Made by a program: the position numbers and the translations under genes. The notes below the pieces were generated by a model, which was not told where the DNA came from, searched no databases, and worked only from the letters and a program-made list of their open reading frames with translations. Shown in pieces: positions 28,034-39,173 of a stretch of DNA of 64,000 nt. The DNA lies in the NCBI GenBank assembly GCA_017457305.1, contig JAFTHP010000004.1:1084-65083 (forward strand). The letters are read 5' to 3'. The DNA comes from Clostridia bacterium (GTDB lineage Bacteria; Bacillota; Clostridia; Christensenellales; CAG-314). Numbering within the stretch: position 1 is the stretch's first letter; each line of letters opens with the position of its first letter.

Positions 28034-28675
28034 ATGGTAAATAACAAGGCTTTGCGTGTGGCTAGATATGCCATTATGCTTGCAATTATATTTGTTGCTA
28101 TGATGATAGATAGGGCAATCAGCATGGTGGGGCTTCCATTTAGTATGGCGGCTTGCGCCATTTTGATTACGCTATCTTTTTGTTTGTTGGAAAACGATGC
28201 TCTTTCGGGCGTGCTTGCAGGGTTATTTTTTGGCTTGGCAAGCTTTGTCAAGGAGTTTATTTTTCCTTCGCCAACGGTGGGTGCGGCATTTGCGCCACAG
28301 TATTGGCTACTGATAACAATTCCCCCACGTGTGTTGATGGGGCTTGCCGCTTTTTGGAGTTATCGTTTGATGCTTGTTTTGTGCAAAAAGCTCCCAGCCA
28401 AGCGTGCCCAACAAGTTAGCATTTGTGTTGCCGCTTTGGTTGGCTGTATTGTCAACACAGTTGGATTTTTGTCCGCAGTGCAACTTTGCAACGTAATAAC
28501 TGGCGGTGTAGCTAAGGGATTGTTGGCTGTTATCTACGGAATATTGCTTACCAACATCTTGCCAGAGTATCTCATTGCGGCAATTGGCACACCTTTGGTT
28601 GTGGCTGGTGTACGCAAGGGGCTAAAACTGGGCATCGACGGCAACAACGGCAAACGTGCTCGCAAGCAAGCATAG
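28034..28675 (+). CDS. ECF-transporter S-component-like membrane protein (possibly pantothenate-related)
   Basis: 213 aa from ATG 28034 (SD GAGG) with about 6 TM helices. The substrate guess rests only on its position directly upstream of coaX. Confidence 0.5.
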   Translation: MVNNKALRVARYAIMLAIIFVAMMIDRAISMVGLPFSMAACAILITLSFCLLENDALSGVLAGLFFGLASFVKEFIFPSPTVGAAFAPQYWLLITIPPRVLMGLAAFWSYRLMLVLCKKLPAKRAQQVSICVAALVGCIVNTVGFLSAVQLCNVITGGVAKGLLAVIYGILLTNILPEYLIAAIGTPLVVAGVRKGLKLGIDGNNGKRARKQA

Positions 28676-28799
28676 TTGCAAAGTGAAGAAGCTTTGTAAA
28701 TTACAAGATATTCAACAGCGCTATCTGTTAGGCAAGGTGGGGCTTGTTGAAGTTGAAATATAGCAAATCCCATTACTTAATAGATTGGAGAAAACTGAT

Positions 28800-29573
28800 A
28801 TGATTTTTACAGTAGATATTGGTAACACTAACATAAAAATAGGTTTGTTCAGCCCAGAAGGAAAACTGGTACAATCCTTCAAGATGTCAACGGACGTTAA
28901 GCGCACTTCCGACGAGTACGTTGCGCTACTTTTGCAACTGATGAGCCACTCAAATATTGACGAAAAGTCCATCACGGGTGCTATTGTATCTTCCGTTATT
29001 CCACAGCTAGACTATACCTTCCAAAACGTAATAAACTACGTTTTCAAGATCAAGCCACTTGTTGTGGGGGTTGGTGTAAAAACAGGATTGGCAATTAGAT
29101 ACGACTTCCCACGTGAGCTAGGCTCCGACCGAATAATCACTTGCGTTGCGGCAGAAAAGCAGTATGGCGCACCCTTTGTGCTTGTGGACTTTGGCACAGC
29201 AACCACCTTCAACGTGGTAAACGGCAAGCACGAATTTATTGGTGGAGCAATAACGTTAGGCCTAAAATCTACCATCGAAAGTCTTGCTCGTTGCACAGCA
29301 AAGCTCCCCAACGTAGACTTGGAAACACCACGTAAAACTGTGGCACAATCAACTGGAAAAGCCATCCAAAGCGGCGTAATCTACGGTATGGTTGGACAAG
29401 TTAAGTACCTAATTGAACGCATCAAGCAGGAAGCAAATATCCCTGATGCCAAGGTAATTGCAACTGGCGGACTATCTCGAATTGTGTACGACGTAGAACC
29501 AATCTTCGACCACATTGATCGTGAACTTTCACTAAAAGGCTTGTTCGAAATTTACAAGATGAACCAACAATAA
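28800..29573 (+). CDS. coaX: type III pantothenate kinase
   Basis: 257 aa from ATG 28800 (SD GGAG). Motifs MIFTVDIGNTNIKIG and DFGTATTF. Confidence 0.9.
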   Translation: MIFTVDIGNTNIKIGLFSPEGKLVQSFKMSTDVKRTSDEYVALLLQLMSHSNIDEKSITGAIVSSVIPQLDYTFQNVINYVFKIKPLVVGVGVKTGLAIRYDFPRELGSDRIITCVAAEKQYGAPFVLVDFGTATTFNVVNGKHEFIGGAITLGLKSTIESLARCTAKLPNVDLETPRKTVAQSTGKAIQSGVIYGMVGQVKYLIERIKQEANIPDAKVIATGGLSRIVYDVEPIFDHIDRELSLKGLFEIYKMNQQ

Positions 29574-29762
29574 CACAGTTGATTTTTTCAGTTAAAGCAA
29601 GCAACACAGAAGCAAATTTTTGTGCAACTATCAATAACTAATTTGAGTATTTTCAAGCTACACAACTACATTTGTTTGTAGTACAAATAAATCAACTAAC
29701 ACATTTAAGCAATACAAGCAACAACATTTAGCTTTGTTACTTGTGTGGTATAAAGGATAGCA

Positions 29763-31736
29763 ATGGACTTCAAACTTCACAGCAAATTTCAACCTTGTGG
29801 CGACCAACCACAGGCAATACAACAGCTTACGCAAGGGCTAAAGGACGGACTTGCCACTCAAGTGTTACGCGGTGTAACAGGCAGTGGTAAGACTTTTACC
29901 ATGGCAAATATCATTGCCAACGTCAATCGCCCTGCACTTGTCATTTGTCACAACAAGACGCTAGCTGCCCAACTTTGCAACGAGTTTAGGGAGTTCTTCC
30001 CCGAAAACAGGGTGGAGTTTTTCGTATCCTACTACGACTACTACATGCCAGAAAGCTACATCCCAGCAAGAGACTTGTACATCGAAAAGGAAATTGACAT
30101 AAACGACGAAATTGACAAACTTCGCCACTCGGCAACTTGCAGTTTGTTCGAGCGTCGTGATACCATCGTTGTTGCCAGTGTATCCTGCATTTACGGCTTG
30201 GGCGCTCCTGGCGAATACTACAAGATGAGCCTTTCCTTGCGACCTGGCGATATGGTTAGTAGGGAAGAAGTTATCAAAAAACTCATTTCCATACAGTACA
30301 CAAGGAACGATATGGACTTCCACCGTGGCACCTTCCGTGTGCGTGGAGATACCTTGGAGATTTACCCCGCTAGCTACAGCGAACACGCTATCAGAGTGGA
30401 GTTTTGGGGTGACGAAATTGAGCGCGTGTCGGAAGTGGACGCACTAACGGGCAATCACGTAGCCAACCTTTTGCACACAATTATTTTCCCTGCCAGCCAC
30501 TACGTTGTGGAAGGGGTAACAATGCAATCGGCCATCAAGCAAATTGGTCAAGATATGCTTGCCGAAGTGCAACAGTTTGAAGATATCAACAAGCTGGTAG
30601 AAGCTCAGCGCCTAAAGCAACGTGTCAGCTACGATATGGAAATGATGCAGGAAATGGGCTATTGTAGTGGTATCGAAAACTACTCTCGCTACTTCGATGG
30701 CAGAGATCCCGGTCAACCACCCTTCACACTAATAGACTATTTCCCAGACGATTTTGTTACCTTTATTGACGAAAGTCACATGACAATCCCTCAAATAAGG
30801 GGTATGTACAACGGTGACAGAGCACGCAAAAACAACCTTGTTGGGTATGGTTTCCGTTTGCAAAGTGCCTACGACAACCGTCCACTAACCTTTGATGAGT
30901 TCGACAGCCGCATTGGACAACTTATTTGCGTATCTGCAACCCCTGCCGAATACGAAATGCAACGTGCCGACAACATCGTGGAACAGCTAATTCGTCCAAC
31001 AGGGCTACTGGATCCGCGAATTGAGGTGCGCCCAGTAGAAGGTCAAATCGACAACCTTCTAGGTGAAATTCACAACGTTGTAACGGGTGGCGGTAGAGTA
31101 CTTGTAACCACGTTGACCAAGCGCATGGCGGAAAATCTCACCGACTTTTTGGCAAAGCACGACGTTCGTGTAAGGTATATGCACTCGGAAATTGACACCT
31201 TGGAACGTGTGGAAATTGTCTCGGGACTCAAAAAGGGCGAGTTTGACGTGCTTGTTGGTATCAACCTTTTGCGTGAAGGGCTAGATATGCCACAAGTAAA
31301 GCTAGTTGCCATTTTGGATGCCGATAAGGAAGGTTTTTTGCGTAGTGACACAGCGCTTGTACAAACGGTAGGCCGTGCCGCCCGCAACAGTGAAGGTAGG
31401 GTAATTATGTATGCCGACGTTGTCACCGACAGCATGCGCCGTGCCATCGACGAAACCAACCGCCGCAGAGAAATTCAGCACGCCTACAACGTGCAACACG
31501 GCATTGTGCCAAAGACCATCGTTCACAATGTAGAAAACACCTTGGAAATCACCCAAAAGGATGCCGTTCCACTAACTGTCAAACAGCTAGAAAAGCAAAT
31601 TGAAAGCACAACAGCCCGCATGAAAAATGCCGCAAACCAACTGGACTTTGAAACGGCAATCAAACTGCGTGAAGAAGTGGTGCGCCTAACCAAACAGCTA
31701 GAAATAGCCAAACGCAAAAAGAACGGTGAAAAATAA
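29763..31736 (+). CDS. uvrB: excinuclease ABC subunit B
   Basis: 657 aa. Motifs GVTGSGKT and DESH, plus a C-terminal UVR domain. Confidence 0.95.
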   Translation: MDFKLHSKFQPCGDQPQAIQQLTQGLKDGLATQVLRGVTGSGKTFTMANIIANVNRPALVICHNKTLAAQLCNEFREFFPENRVEFFVSYYDYYMPESYIPARDLYIEKEIDINDEIDKLRHSATCSLFERRDTIVVASVSCIYGLGAPGEYYKMSLSLRPGDMVSREEVIKKLISIQYTRNDMDFHRGTFRVRGDTLEIYPASYSEHAIRVEFWGDEIERVSEVDALTGNHVANLLHTIIFPASHYVVEGVTMQSAIKQIGQDMLAEVQQFEDINKLVEAQRLKQRVSYDMEMMQEMGYCSGIENYSRYFDGRDPGQPPFTLIDYFPDDFVTFIDESHMTIPQIRGMYNGDRARKNNLVGYGFRLQSAYDNRPLTFDEFDSRIGQLICVSATPAEYEMQRADNIVEQLIRPTGLLDPRIEVRPVEGQIDNLLGEIHNVVTGGGRVLVTTLTKRMAENLTDFLAKHDVRVRYMHSEIDTLERVEIVSGLKKGEFDVLVGINLLREGLDMPQVKLVAILDADKEGFLRSDTALVQTVGRAARNSEGRVIMYADVVTDSMRRAIDETNRRREIQHAYNVQHGIVPKTIVHNVENTLEITQKDAVPLTVKQLEKQIESTTARMKNAANQLDFETAIKLREEVVRLTKQLEIAKRKKNGEK

Positions 31737-31883
31737 TTTTTGCTGAGATCCACCCAAAAAGACTTGTGCAACCGACTAGGTGCTCATCATTTTGCCACCT
31801 TTGTTGTGTAGTACAGCAAATGATCACAATTAACTGGCTAAATAGCAATTTGTTAATAGCCACCAATTTCAAAGGGAAAAAAT

Positions 31884-32696
31884 ATGAAGTACACAATTTA
31901 CGCAAACGGACAGGATTTTTTGAAGGAAAACTTGTCGCTACTAAATACACAACCAATAAAAACAGCATTTTTCGTACTGGATGCAGGTATGATTGAGCAA
32001 ACCACGTCCCAAAACTACGCAATTCGTGTGTGGGAAGAAGGCAAGGTTTTGCTTGCCTTGCATTGCCAAGACGTTCCTTTGATACTTTTTGGCGATGCTG
32101 ACTTGTGCGAACAACTGGTGGAAATACTGGTAGAAAACTCATTTGAGTTTGACCGAGTGCTAGCCGACGAAGATTTGTGCACAGGGGTGCTATATCACTA
32201 CTGCAACAAGGTAGGCGGTAACTACAAGGTAAATCTTCGTATGGACATTATGCAGTGCAAGCAAGTTGCTCCCTTTGACGGTTCACTAGTGGAGTGGGCA
32301 ACGGAAGCTGACGTTGAAGAAATTGTGCTGTTGAACAAGGGTTTTGATGAAGATGTTTGTTTCCCTTACGACGAGCAAAAGGTCAGGGAAAGGGTGCAAA
32401 GGGATATTTCCCAATACGCAGTTATCCGCAAGGAAGGCAAAATCATATCCCTTGCCAAGTACACTAAGCGCACGCCCATCAACTATTGCGTGTCGATGGT
32501 GTACACAGTTCCACAGTACCGCAACCAAGGATACAGTCGCAAGGTTGTATCCACCATCACACAAAAAATATTGGAAGAAGGGCGCGTTGCCTACCTGTTT
32601 GTAGACAAAACAAACCCCATATCCAACGGACTATACCAAAAAATTGGATATTTTTACATATCCCCACAATACGAGTATCAGTATATTGCTGACTAA
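31884..32696 (+). CDS. GNAT-family N-acetyltransferase
   Basis: 270 aa. Acetyl-CoA binding motif [11 protein letters not shown] in the C-terminal half. Confidence 0.7.
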   Translation: MKYTIYANGQDFLKENLSLLNTQPIKTAFFVLDAGMIEQTTSQNYAIRVWEEGKVLLALHCQDVPLILFGDADLCEQLVEILVENSFEFDRVLADEDLCTGVLYHYCNKVGGNYKVNLRMDIMQCKQVAPFDGSLVEWATEADVEEIVLLNKGFDEDVCFPYDEQKVRERVQRDISQYAVIRKEGKIISLAKYTKRTPINYCVSMVYTVPQYRNQGYSRKVVSTITQKILEEGRVAYLFVDKTNPISNGLYQKIGYFYISPQYEYQYIAD

Positions 32697-32728
32697 TTAT
32701 TGTTAACATATTTTGGCATACTAACAGT

Positions 32729-35554
32729 ATGCGCGAGAACTTTACTATGAAAGATATTGTAATTAAAAATGCAAAGGAAAATAACCTAAAGAGCGTAAGT
32801 TTGACTATTCCACGCGACAAGTTGGTGGTTTTTACGGGGCTATCCGGTAGCGGAAAGTCTTCCCTTGCCTTTGACACAATTTTTGCCGAAGGTCAACGCA
32901 GATACGTGGAAAGCTTGTCTAGCTACGCAAGACAATTTCTTGGTCAAATGGACAAACCAGACGTAGAAAGCATCGAAGGGCTTTCTCCAGCAATTTCCAT
33001 CGACCAAAAGACAACCTCATCCAACCCCCGTTCTACCGTTGGCACAGTAACGGAAATAAGCGACTATTTGCGTTTGCTTTATGCACGTATCGGTACACCT
33101 TACTGCCCACATTGCGGTGTGGAAATTGCAAAGTCCAGCGTGGACCAAATTTGCGACAGAGTTCAAGCCTACCCACAAGGTAGCAAGCTAATGGTGCTTG
33201 CACCCGTTGTCCGTGGCAGAAAGGGGGAGTTTGCCAAGCTATTTGAACAACTCAAAAAGCAAGGTTTTGCACGTGTCATTGTAGATGGCGAATTGCACAC
33301 CTTGGACGAAGAAATCAAACTTGTAAAAAACAACAAACACAGCATAAGTGTTGTTGTGGACCGACTTGTAGTCAAGGAAGAGATGAACACACGTCTAACA
33401 GATAGTGTGGAAACTGCCCTTCGCTTGGCGGATGGTTTGGTGGTTATCTCCGTCGATGGCGAAGAAACCATGTTCAGCGACAAATTTGCCTGCCCACATT
33501 GCGGATTTACCTTGGAAGAAATGGAACCACGTTCTTTTTCCTTTAACAGTCCATTTGGTGCCTGCCCCGAGTGTCACGGCATTGGCTTTAAGCTAGAGTT
33601 TGACGAAAGACTAATCTTGCCGGACGACTCTAAAACCTTGCACGGCGATGCCATTAGACTGATGGGCTTCAACATTGGCGCTGGCAGTTGGATGCGTATG
33701 CTATTTGACAGCCTTTCGGAAAAGTTTGGTTTTAGTTGTGACGTTCCTGTTAGGGATTTACCCAAGGAAATATACAACCTTATTATGTACGGCAACGGTG
33801 GGGAGCCTATTCCGCTAGTGTGCCACTTGGATGACGGCAGACCTTTCAACACTACGTGGGAAGGTGTAATTCCAATGATGACACGCAGACATGCCGAGTG
33901 CAAGAGTGATTGGACACGTACCGAATACGAAAAGTATATGATAGAAAAGCCTTGTACAAAATGTAATGGTAAGCGCCTTAAAGATGAAATCTTGTCTGTT
34001 TTAGTGGGCGGTCTTAACATTTGGGAAGTAGGCGAACTGTCTATTGAAAAGTGCTATCACTTCTTTGACAATCTTGAACTTGACCAAACCAAAGCGGCCA
34101 TTGCCTATATGATTTTGAAGGAAATCAAGGCAAGGCTCAAGTTTCTACTAGACGTTGGTTTGGCTTACCTTACACTAAACCGCAGTAGCGGATCTCTATC
34201 CGGCGGCGAAGCGCAACGCATACGTCTTGCCACACAAATTGGTAGCGGACTTGCCGGTGTTGTGTATATTTTGGACGAGCCAAGCATTGGTTTGCACCAA
34301 CGTGACAACGCAAAGCTTATCAAAACGCTGGAGCATTTGCGTGACCTAGGCAACACCTTGATTGTAGTTGAGCACGACGAAGACACAATGCGTTGTGCCG
34401 ATCACATTGTAGACGTTGGCCCAGGAGCTGGCGTTCACGGCGGCGAAATCGTTTGCCAAGGCACCGTTCAAGATATTATCAACTGCCCCAATAGTATCAC
34501 TGGTAAATACCTAAGTGGCGAGTTGAGTATTCCCGTTCCCACCGAACGTAGGCAGGGTAACGGACAGTTTTTGCGTGTGCGTGGTGCTACCAAAAACAAC
34601 CTTCAATCCATCAACGTGGACTTCCCTTTGGGTGTGTTCAACGTGGTAACAGGCGTATCTGGTAGTGGCAAGAGTAGTCTAGTTAACGAGGAAATGTTGC
34701 CACTGCTAGCGGAAAAACTCAACAAAGCTAGACCTGTTGACGTCAACTGCACCTTGGAAGGGCTGGAGCACTTGGACAAGGTTATTGCCATTGACCAAAC
34801 GGCTATTGGTCGCACTCCACGAAGCAACCCAGCCACCTACACAGGTGTGTTCACAGCGATAAGAGAGCTTTTTGCTTCCACGGCGGACGCAAAGGAGCAC
34901 GGCTACACAAGCGGACGATTCAGCTTTAACGTAAAGGGCGGAAGATGCGAGCATTGTAGCGGCGATGGTATCTTGAAGATTGCCATGAACTTTTTGCCCG
35001 ACGTGTACGTGCCCTGCGAAGTATGCCACGGCGCGCGTTACAACCGCGAAACACTTTCCGTAAAGTACAAGGGCAAGTCCATTGCCGACGTACTGGATAT
35101 GACCGTTGAAGAAGCGGTAACCTTCTTCCAAAACATCCCATCCATCAAGAACAAGATTCAAACGTTGTACGACGTTGGTTTGGGATACATCAAGCTTGGT
35201 CAACCTGCAACAACGTTGAGTGGTGGCGAAGCACAACGTGTAAAGCTAGCAACGGAGCTATCCAAGCGTTCCACGGGCAAAACGTTGTACATTTTGGACG
35301 AGCCAACAACAGGCTTGCACAGCCACGACGTTGCCAAGCTAATTGCAATTTTGCAACGATTTGTATCTGCAGGCAACACAGTTATTGTAATTGAGCACAA
35401 CTTGGACGTTATCAAGGTTGCCGATAACATTGTGGACCTTGGCCCCGAAGGTGGCGATCAAGGTGGCACGGTTGTTGCAACAGGCACACCCGAACAGGTT
35501 GCACAAAATCCAAATAGCTTTACAGGACAATTTTTAAAAACTGTCCTCAAGTAA
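32729..35554 (+). CDS. uvrA: excinuclease ABC subunit A
   Basis: 941 aa. Two ABC modules (GLSGSGKSS and GVSGSGKSS) and zinc-finger CxxC pairs. An alternative start is ATG 32747. Confidence 0.95.
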   Translation: MRENFTMKDIVIKNAKENNLKSVSLTIPRDKLVVFTGLSGSGKSSLAFDTIFAEGQRRYVESLSSYARQFLGQMDKPDVESIEGLSPAISIDQKTTSSNPRSTVGTVTEISDYLRLLYARIGTPYCPHCGVEIAKSSVDQICDRVQAYPQGSKLMVLAPVVRGRKGEFAKLFEQLKKQGFARVIVDGELHTLDEEIKLVKNNKHSISVVVDRLVVKEEMNTRLTDSVETALRLADGLVVISVDGEETMFSDKFACPHCGFTLEEMEPRSFSFNSPFGACPECHGIGFKLEFDERLILPDDSKTLHGDAIRLMGFNIGAGSWMRMLFDSLSEKFGFSCDVPVRDLPKEIYNLIMYGNGGEPIPLVCHLDDGRPFNTTWEGVIPMMTRRHAECKSDWTRTEYEKYMIEKPCTKCNGKRLKDEILSVLVGGLNIWEVGELSIEKCYHFFDNLELDQTKAAIAYMILKEIKARLKFLLDVGLAYLTLNRSSGSLSGGEAQRIRLATQIGSGLAGVVYILDEPSIGLHQRDNAKLIKTLEHLRDLGNTLIVVEHDEDTMRCADHIVDVGPGAGVHGGEIVCQGTVQDIINCPNSITGKYLSGELSIPVPTERRQGNGQFLRVRGATKNNLQSINVDFPLGVFNVVTGVSGSGKSSLVNEEMLPLLAEKLNKARPVDVNCTLEGLEHLDKVIAIDQTAIGRTPRSNPATYTGVFTAIRELFASTADAKEHGYTSGRFSFNVKGGRCEHCSGDGILKIAMNFLPDVYVPCEVCHGARYNRETLSVKYKGKSIADVLDMTVEEAVTFFQNIPSIKNKIQTLYDVGLGYIKLGQPATTLSGGEAQRVKLATELSKRSTGKTLYILDEPTTGLHSHDVAKLIAILQRFVSAGNTVIVIEHNLDVIKVADNIVDLGPEGGDQGGTVVATGTPEQVAQNPNSFTGQFLKTVLK

Positions 35555-35702
35555 CTTGTTGTACTAAGTTAGACTTACCACATCAATGCTACAAACAACT
35601 ACAACTGGCATTGCACAAACAAGATACATTTTGATACAACAACACAATTTTTAGCTGTGCTATAACAAAAAGCTATCGGCACAGCACCCAAAGGAGTAAA
35701 TT

Positions 35703-38225
35703 ATGCAAAAACTTTTGCTAATTGATGGCAATAGCATACTTAACAGAGCGTATTTTGCAATACCTGCGCTAAACGACAAGCAGGGGCAAAACGTAAATGC
35801 GGTATATGGTTTTGTAAACATCCTACTCAAGGTACTGGATGATCACAAGCCCGATAAGCTAGTGGTGGCTTTTGACAAGCACGGCCACAACTTCCGCAAG
35901 GACCTTTTTGCCGACTACAAAGCAAACCGCAAGGGTATGCCCGATGATCTTGCACAACAAATGCCAGTACTACACAACTTGCTTAGCGCAATGGGCGTTA
36001 CTGTAATGGAAAAAGCTGGGGTAGAAGCGGACGACATCATTGGCACAATAAGCAAAGCTTTTGATGGAACAAGTATCATTGTCAGCGGAGACAGGGATAT
36101 GTTGCAACTGGTAGATGACAAAATAACCGTGTTACTAACCAAGCGCGGTGTTACCGAAGTGGAACTAGTAGATCCACAAACTTTGCAACAAAACTATCAC
36201 CTAACCCCACAACAGGTTATCGAATACAAGGCACTTCGTGGCGACACGTCCGACAATATCCCCGGTGTAAAGGGTATTGGCGAAAAGACTGCTATGCAAC
36301 TGCTGGAACAATACGGCGACGTAGACAACATCTACGCCAACCTAGACAAGCAAAAGGGCGCATTGTTAACAAAGCTAACCGAAGGCAGGGATATGGCTTA
36401 CGTAAGCCGTCAGCTTGCCACAATCGTTACCAATGCCGATATCCAATGCGATACCAATGCTTGTCCCCTTCCCACAATGGATGGCAACGTCAAGGCAATG
36501 CTAGAACAGTTGCAGTTCAGGTCTATTTTGGCAAGGCTGACCTTTGACGGCGAGCAAACAAATAGCAATGTGGAAGTGGAGCAAGTGGAAGTTTCCACAA
36601 TGCAACAGTTGCAGGAAGTGTGCAACCAAATGCAATCTTCCCCCTACTTTGCCGTTATCGTCGACCAAAGTGGTGTGTTGCTATCCAACAGCACTACCAT
36701 TGAGTACAAGGTGGTAATGTCCCAAAGCTTTTTGGATGAGCTTACCGAACAATCGGTGTACCAAACCATTGCTCCGTTGCTTACTTGTGCCACACCAAAG
36801 GCCGTCTACGACAACAAGGCAATGCGCCATTGGCTATCCAACTTTGGCATGGATATTTCCGCAGTCAAGTACGACGTGTGCTTGATGCAGTACTTGGTAG
36901 AGTACCGCTCCTACAAGGATTTATCTTCCCTTTGCGATGCCTACGGATACAAAAATTTGTGTGCTGGCATTGTGCACTTGGCGCAAAAGCTAGATAAACT
37001 ACTCGATGAACAGGGTGTTCACGACTTGTATAATGACGTAGAGTTGCCACTATCCGACCTTCTTTTCCGTATGGAGCAGGAAGGTGTGCAGGTAGATTTG
37101 CCCCTTTTGGACGGTATGTCCAAGCAAATGCATGCACAGGTGGATAGCTTGACGGAAGAAATTCATCAGCTTGCAGGGGAAAGTTTCAACGTAAACAGCC
37201 CTATGCAACTGTCGGCGGTGCTATTTGAAAAACTGCAACTTCCCCACGGCAAAAAGACACAAAAAGGTTACAGTACCAATACCGAAGTGTTGGAAAAAAT
37301 CGTGGATAAGCACCCCATTGTTGCCAAAATATTGGAGTATCGCAAAATATCCAAGTTGCTTGGTACGTACGTGGACGGACTTAAACCACTTGTAAAGCAC
37401 GGACTAGTGCACACAACCTTCAACCAAGCACTAACCTCTACTGGCCGTTTGTCCAGTAGCGATCCAAACTTGCAAAATATCCCTATTCGCAACGAATTGG
37501 GTAGGGAAATACGTAAGCTATTTGTAAGCAAATACGGCACCTTTGTTGGCGCTGATTACAGCCAAATTGAACTGCGACTACTTGCTGCCTTTTCTCAAGA
37601 CGAAAATTTGCTAAAAGCATTTATTGGTGGAGAAGATATCCACACCCGTGTTGCCAGCGAAATCCTTGGTGTGCCAGCACAAATGGTCAACAGCGATATG
37701 CGTCGTATGGCAAAGGCAGTTAACTTTGGCATCATCTACGGCATTAGTGATTTTGGCCTTTCTCAAAACACAAATATCTCGGTAAAAAAAGCGCACGAGT
37801 ACATTGAATTGTACTTTGCACGCTTCCCCAAGATAAAAACATATTTGGATAATTGTGTAGAGCAAGCTCGTTTAACAGGCTATGTTAGCACCTTAACGGG
37901 GCGTAGACGTCAAATACCGGAAATCAAGTCGGCAAACTTCAACCTGCGTTCCTTTGGCGAAAGGGCTGCCATGAACATGCCTTTGCAAGGTAGCGCAGCG
38001 GATATTATGAAGATAGCAATGCTCCGTGTTGACCAAGCTATAACAGCCGCTGGGCTCAAGAGCAAGCTTGTTTTGCAAATCCACGACGAAATAATTGTGG
38101 ATTGCTACCCCGAAGAAGCTGAACAAATAAAACAAATTGTAAAAGAGCAAATGGAATCGGCAGTATCCTTGGCTTGCCCACTAGTTGCCGATACCGAACA
38201 AGGAAATACCCTTTATGAAGCGTAA
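35703..38225 (+). CDS. polA: DNA polymerase I
   Basis: 840 aa. 5' nuclease N-terminus LLLIDGNS. Polymerase motifs DYSQIELR and QIHDE. Confidence 0.95.
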   Translation: MQKLLLIDGNSILNRAYFAIPALNDKQGQNVNAVYGFVNILLKVLDDHKPDKLVVAFDKHGHNFRKDLFADYKANRKGMPDDLAQQMPVLHNLLSAMGVTVMEKAGVEADDIIGTISKAFDGTSIIVSGDRDMLQLVDDKITVLLTKRGVTEVELVDPQTLQQNYHLTPQQVIEYKALRGDTSDNIPGVKGIGEKTAMQLLEQYGDVDNIYANLDKQKGALLTKLTEGRDMAYVSRQLATIVTNADIQCDTNACPLPTMDGNVKAMLEQLQFRSILARLTFDGEQTNSNVEVEQVEVSTMQQLQEVCNQMQSSPYFAVIVDQSGVLLSNSTTIEYKVVMSQSFLDELTEQSVYQTIAPLLTCATPKAVYDNKAMRHWLSNFGMDISAVKYDVCLMQYLVEYRSYKDLSSLCDAYGYKNLCAGIVHLAQKLDKLLDEQGVHDLYNDVELPLSDLLFRMEQEGVQVDLPLLDGMSKQMHAQVDSLTEEIHQLAGESFNVNSPMQLSAVLFEKLQLPHGKKTQKGYSTNTEVLEKIVDKHPIVAKILEYRKISKLLGTYVDGLKPLVKHGLVHTTFNQALTSTGRLSSSDPNLQNIPIRNELGREIRKLFVSKYGTFVGADYSQIELRLLAAFSQDENLLKAFIGGEDIHTRVASEILGVPAQMVNSDMRRMAKAVNFGIIYGISDFGLSQNTNISVKKAHEYIELYFARFPKIKTYLDNCVEQARLTGYVSTLTGRRRQIPEIKSANFNLRSFGERAAMNMPLQGSAADIMKIAMLRVDQAITAAGLKSKLVLQIHDEIIVDCYPEEAEQIKQIVKEQMESAVSLACPLVADTEQGNTLYEA

Positions 38226-38781
38226 AACTATTGCAATAACTGGTGGCATTGGCAGTGGAAAATCTGTCGTTGCCCAAATACTGCGTGACTACGGATACGT
38301 AACGTTGGACTGCGATCAACTATCCCGACAGGTGGCGGATATGCCACAGGTGGTTTGTCAAGTGGCATCGTTGCTTGGCGAGCAGTTTGTTGTTGATGGC
38401 AAGCTAAATCGTGCGGCAATTCGCAACGTGATTTTTGCCGATAGCTCACTTTTAGAGAAATACAACCAAATTTTCTTTGACAAAATCCGTCAGCTACTTG
38501 TTGAACAGGCAAATGCTACTCAAGGGCTACTTTTTGTGGAAATTCCCCTTATCAATGCCTTTCCGTTTGATTGGACGGAAATTTGGCTAGTAAAAGCTTC
38601 ACAACAAGACCAAATTGCCCGTGTAACCTTGCGTGACGGAGTTAGCTGTCAAAACGTTAGTCAAATTATTGGCAGTCAAGTTCAAACGGAGCAAGCAACA
38701 AGGGTTATTGTCAACGATGGCACGTTGGACGAGCTCAAGCAAAAGGTGGCATTGGCTTTGCAACAAAGCAATCTAGCCTAG
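38215..38781 (+). CDS. coaE: dephospho-CoA kinase
   Basis: 188 aa from ATG 38215, overlapping the polA stop. P-loop ITGGIGSGKS. Confidence 0.85.
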   Translation: MKRKTIAITGGIGSGKSVVAQILRDYGYVTLDCDQLSRQVADMPQVVCQVASLLGEQFVVDGKLNRAAIRNVIFADSSLLEKYNQIFFDKIRQLLVEQANATQGLLFVEIPLINAFPFDWTEIWLVKASQQDQIARVTLRDGVSCQNVSQIIGSQVQTEQATRVIVNDGTLDELKQKVALALQQSNLA

Positions 38782-38842
38782 GCAAAGATATTTGACAAAC
38801 CTGTCAAATGGCGGTACAATACCCATACAAGGAGTAATTAAC

Positions 38843-39019
38843 ATGGCAAAGAAATCTACAATGTATCAACTAATGCGCCAATCGGAATTGATGGACGACG
38901 ACGGCATGGACTTGTGCGAAGCACAGCGTCAAGATGACCGTTCGGATGCAGAAAAGTTCAAGGAAAAATACAAGGATTTTTACACAGATATCAAAATCAA
39001 CATACGCGAAGATTGGTAA
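38843..39019 (+). CDS. small acidic hypothetical protein
   Basis: 58 aa from ATG 38843. It has a strong AAGGAG SD and its own terminator. Confidence 0.55.
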   Translation: MAKKSTMYQLMRQSELMDDDGMDLCEAQRQDDRSDAEKFKEKYKDFYTDIKINIREDW

Positions 39020-39033
39020 TTGTTGATATTTTC

Positions 39034-39070
39034 ACCGCAAATCACCTATTGTGAGCTTGCGGTTTTTTTT
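39034..39070 (+). terminator. rho-independent terminator
   Basis: ACCGCAA...TTGCGGT stem followed by T8. Confidence 0.8.
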
Positions 39071-39080
39071 ATTATCCCTA

Positions 39081-39109
39081 TTGAAATGGCACTTTGATTG
39101 TGGTATAAT
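39081..39109 (+). promoter_or_regulatory. sigma-A-type promoter with extended -10 (pdp)
   Basis: TTGAAA, 17-nt spacer, TGgTATAAT. Confidence 0.7.
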
Positions 39110-39173
39110 AAAATGTACAAACAAAAAATATGGGCAAAATATGCCCCAAAAACTACATTTTGGGTAGGTTTAT

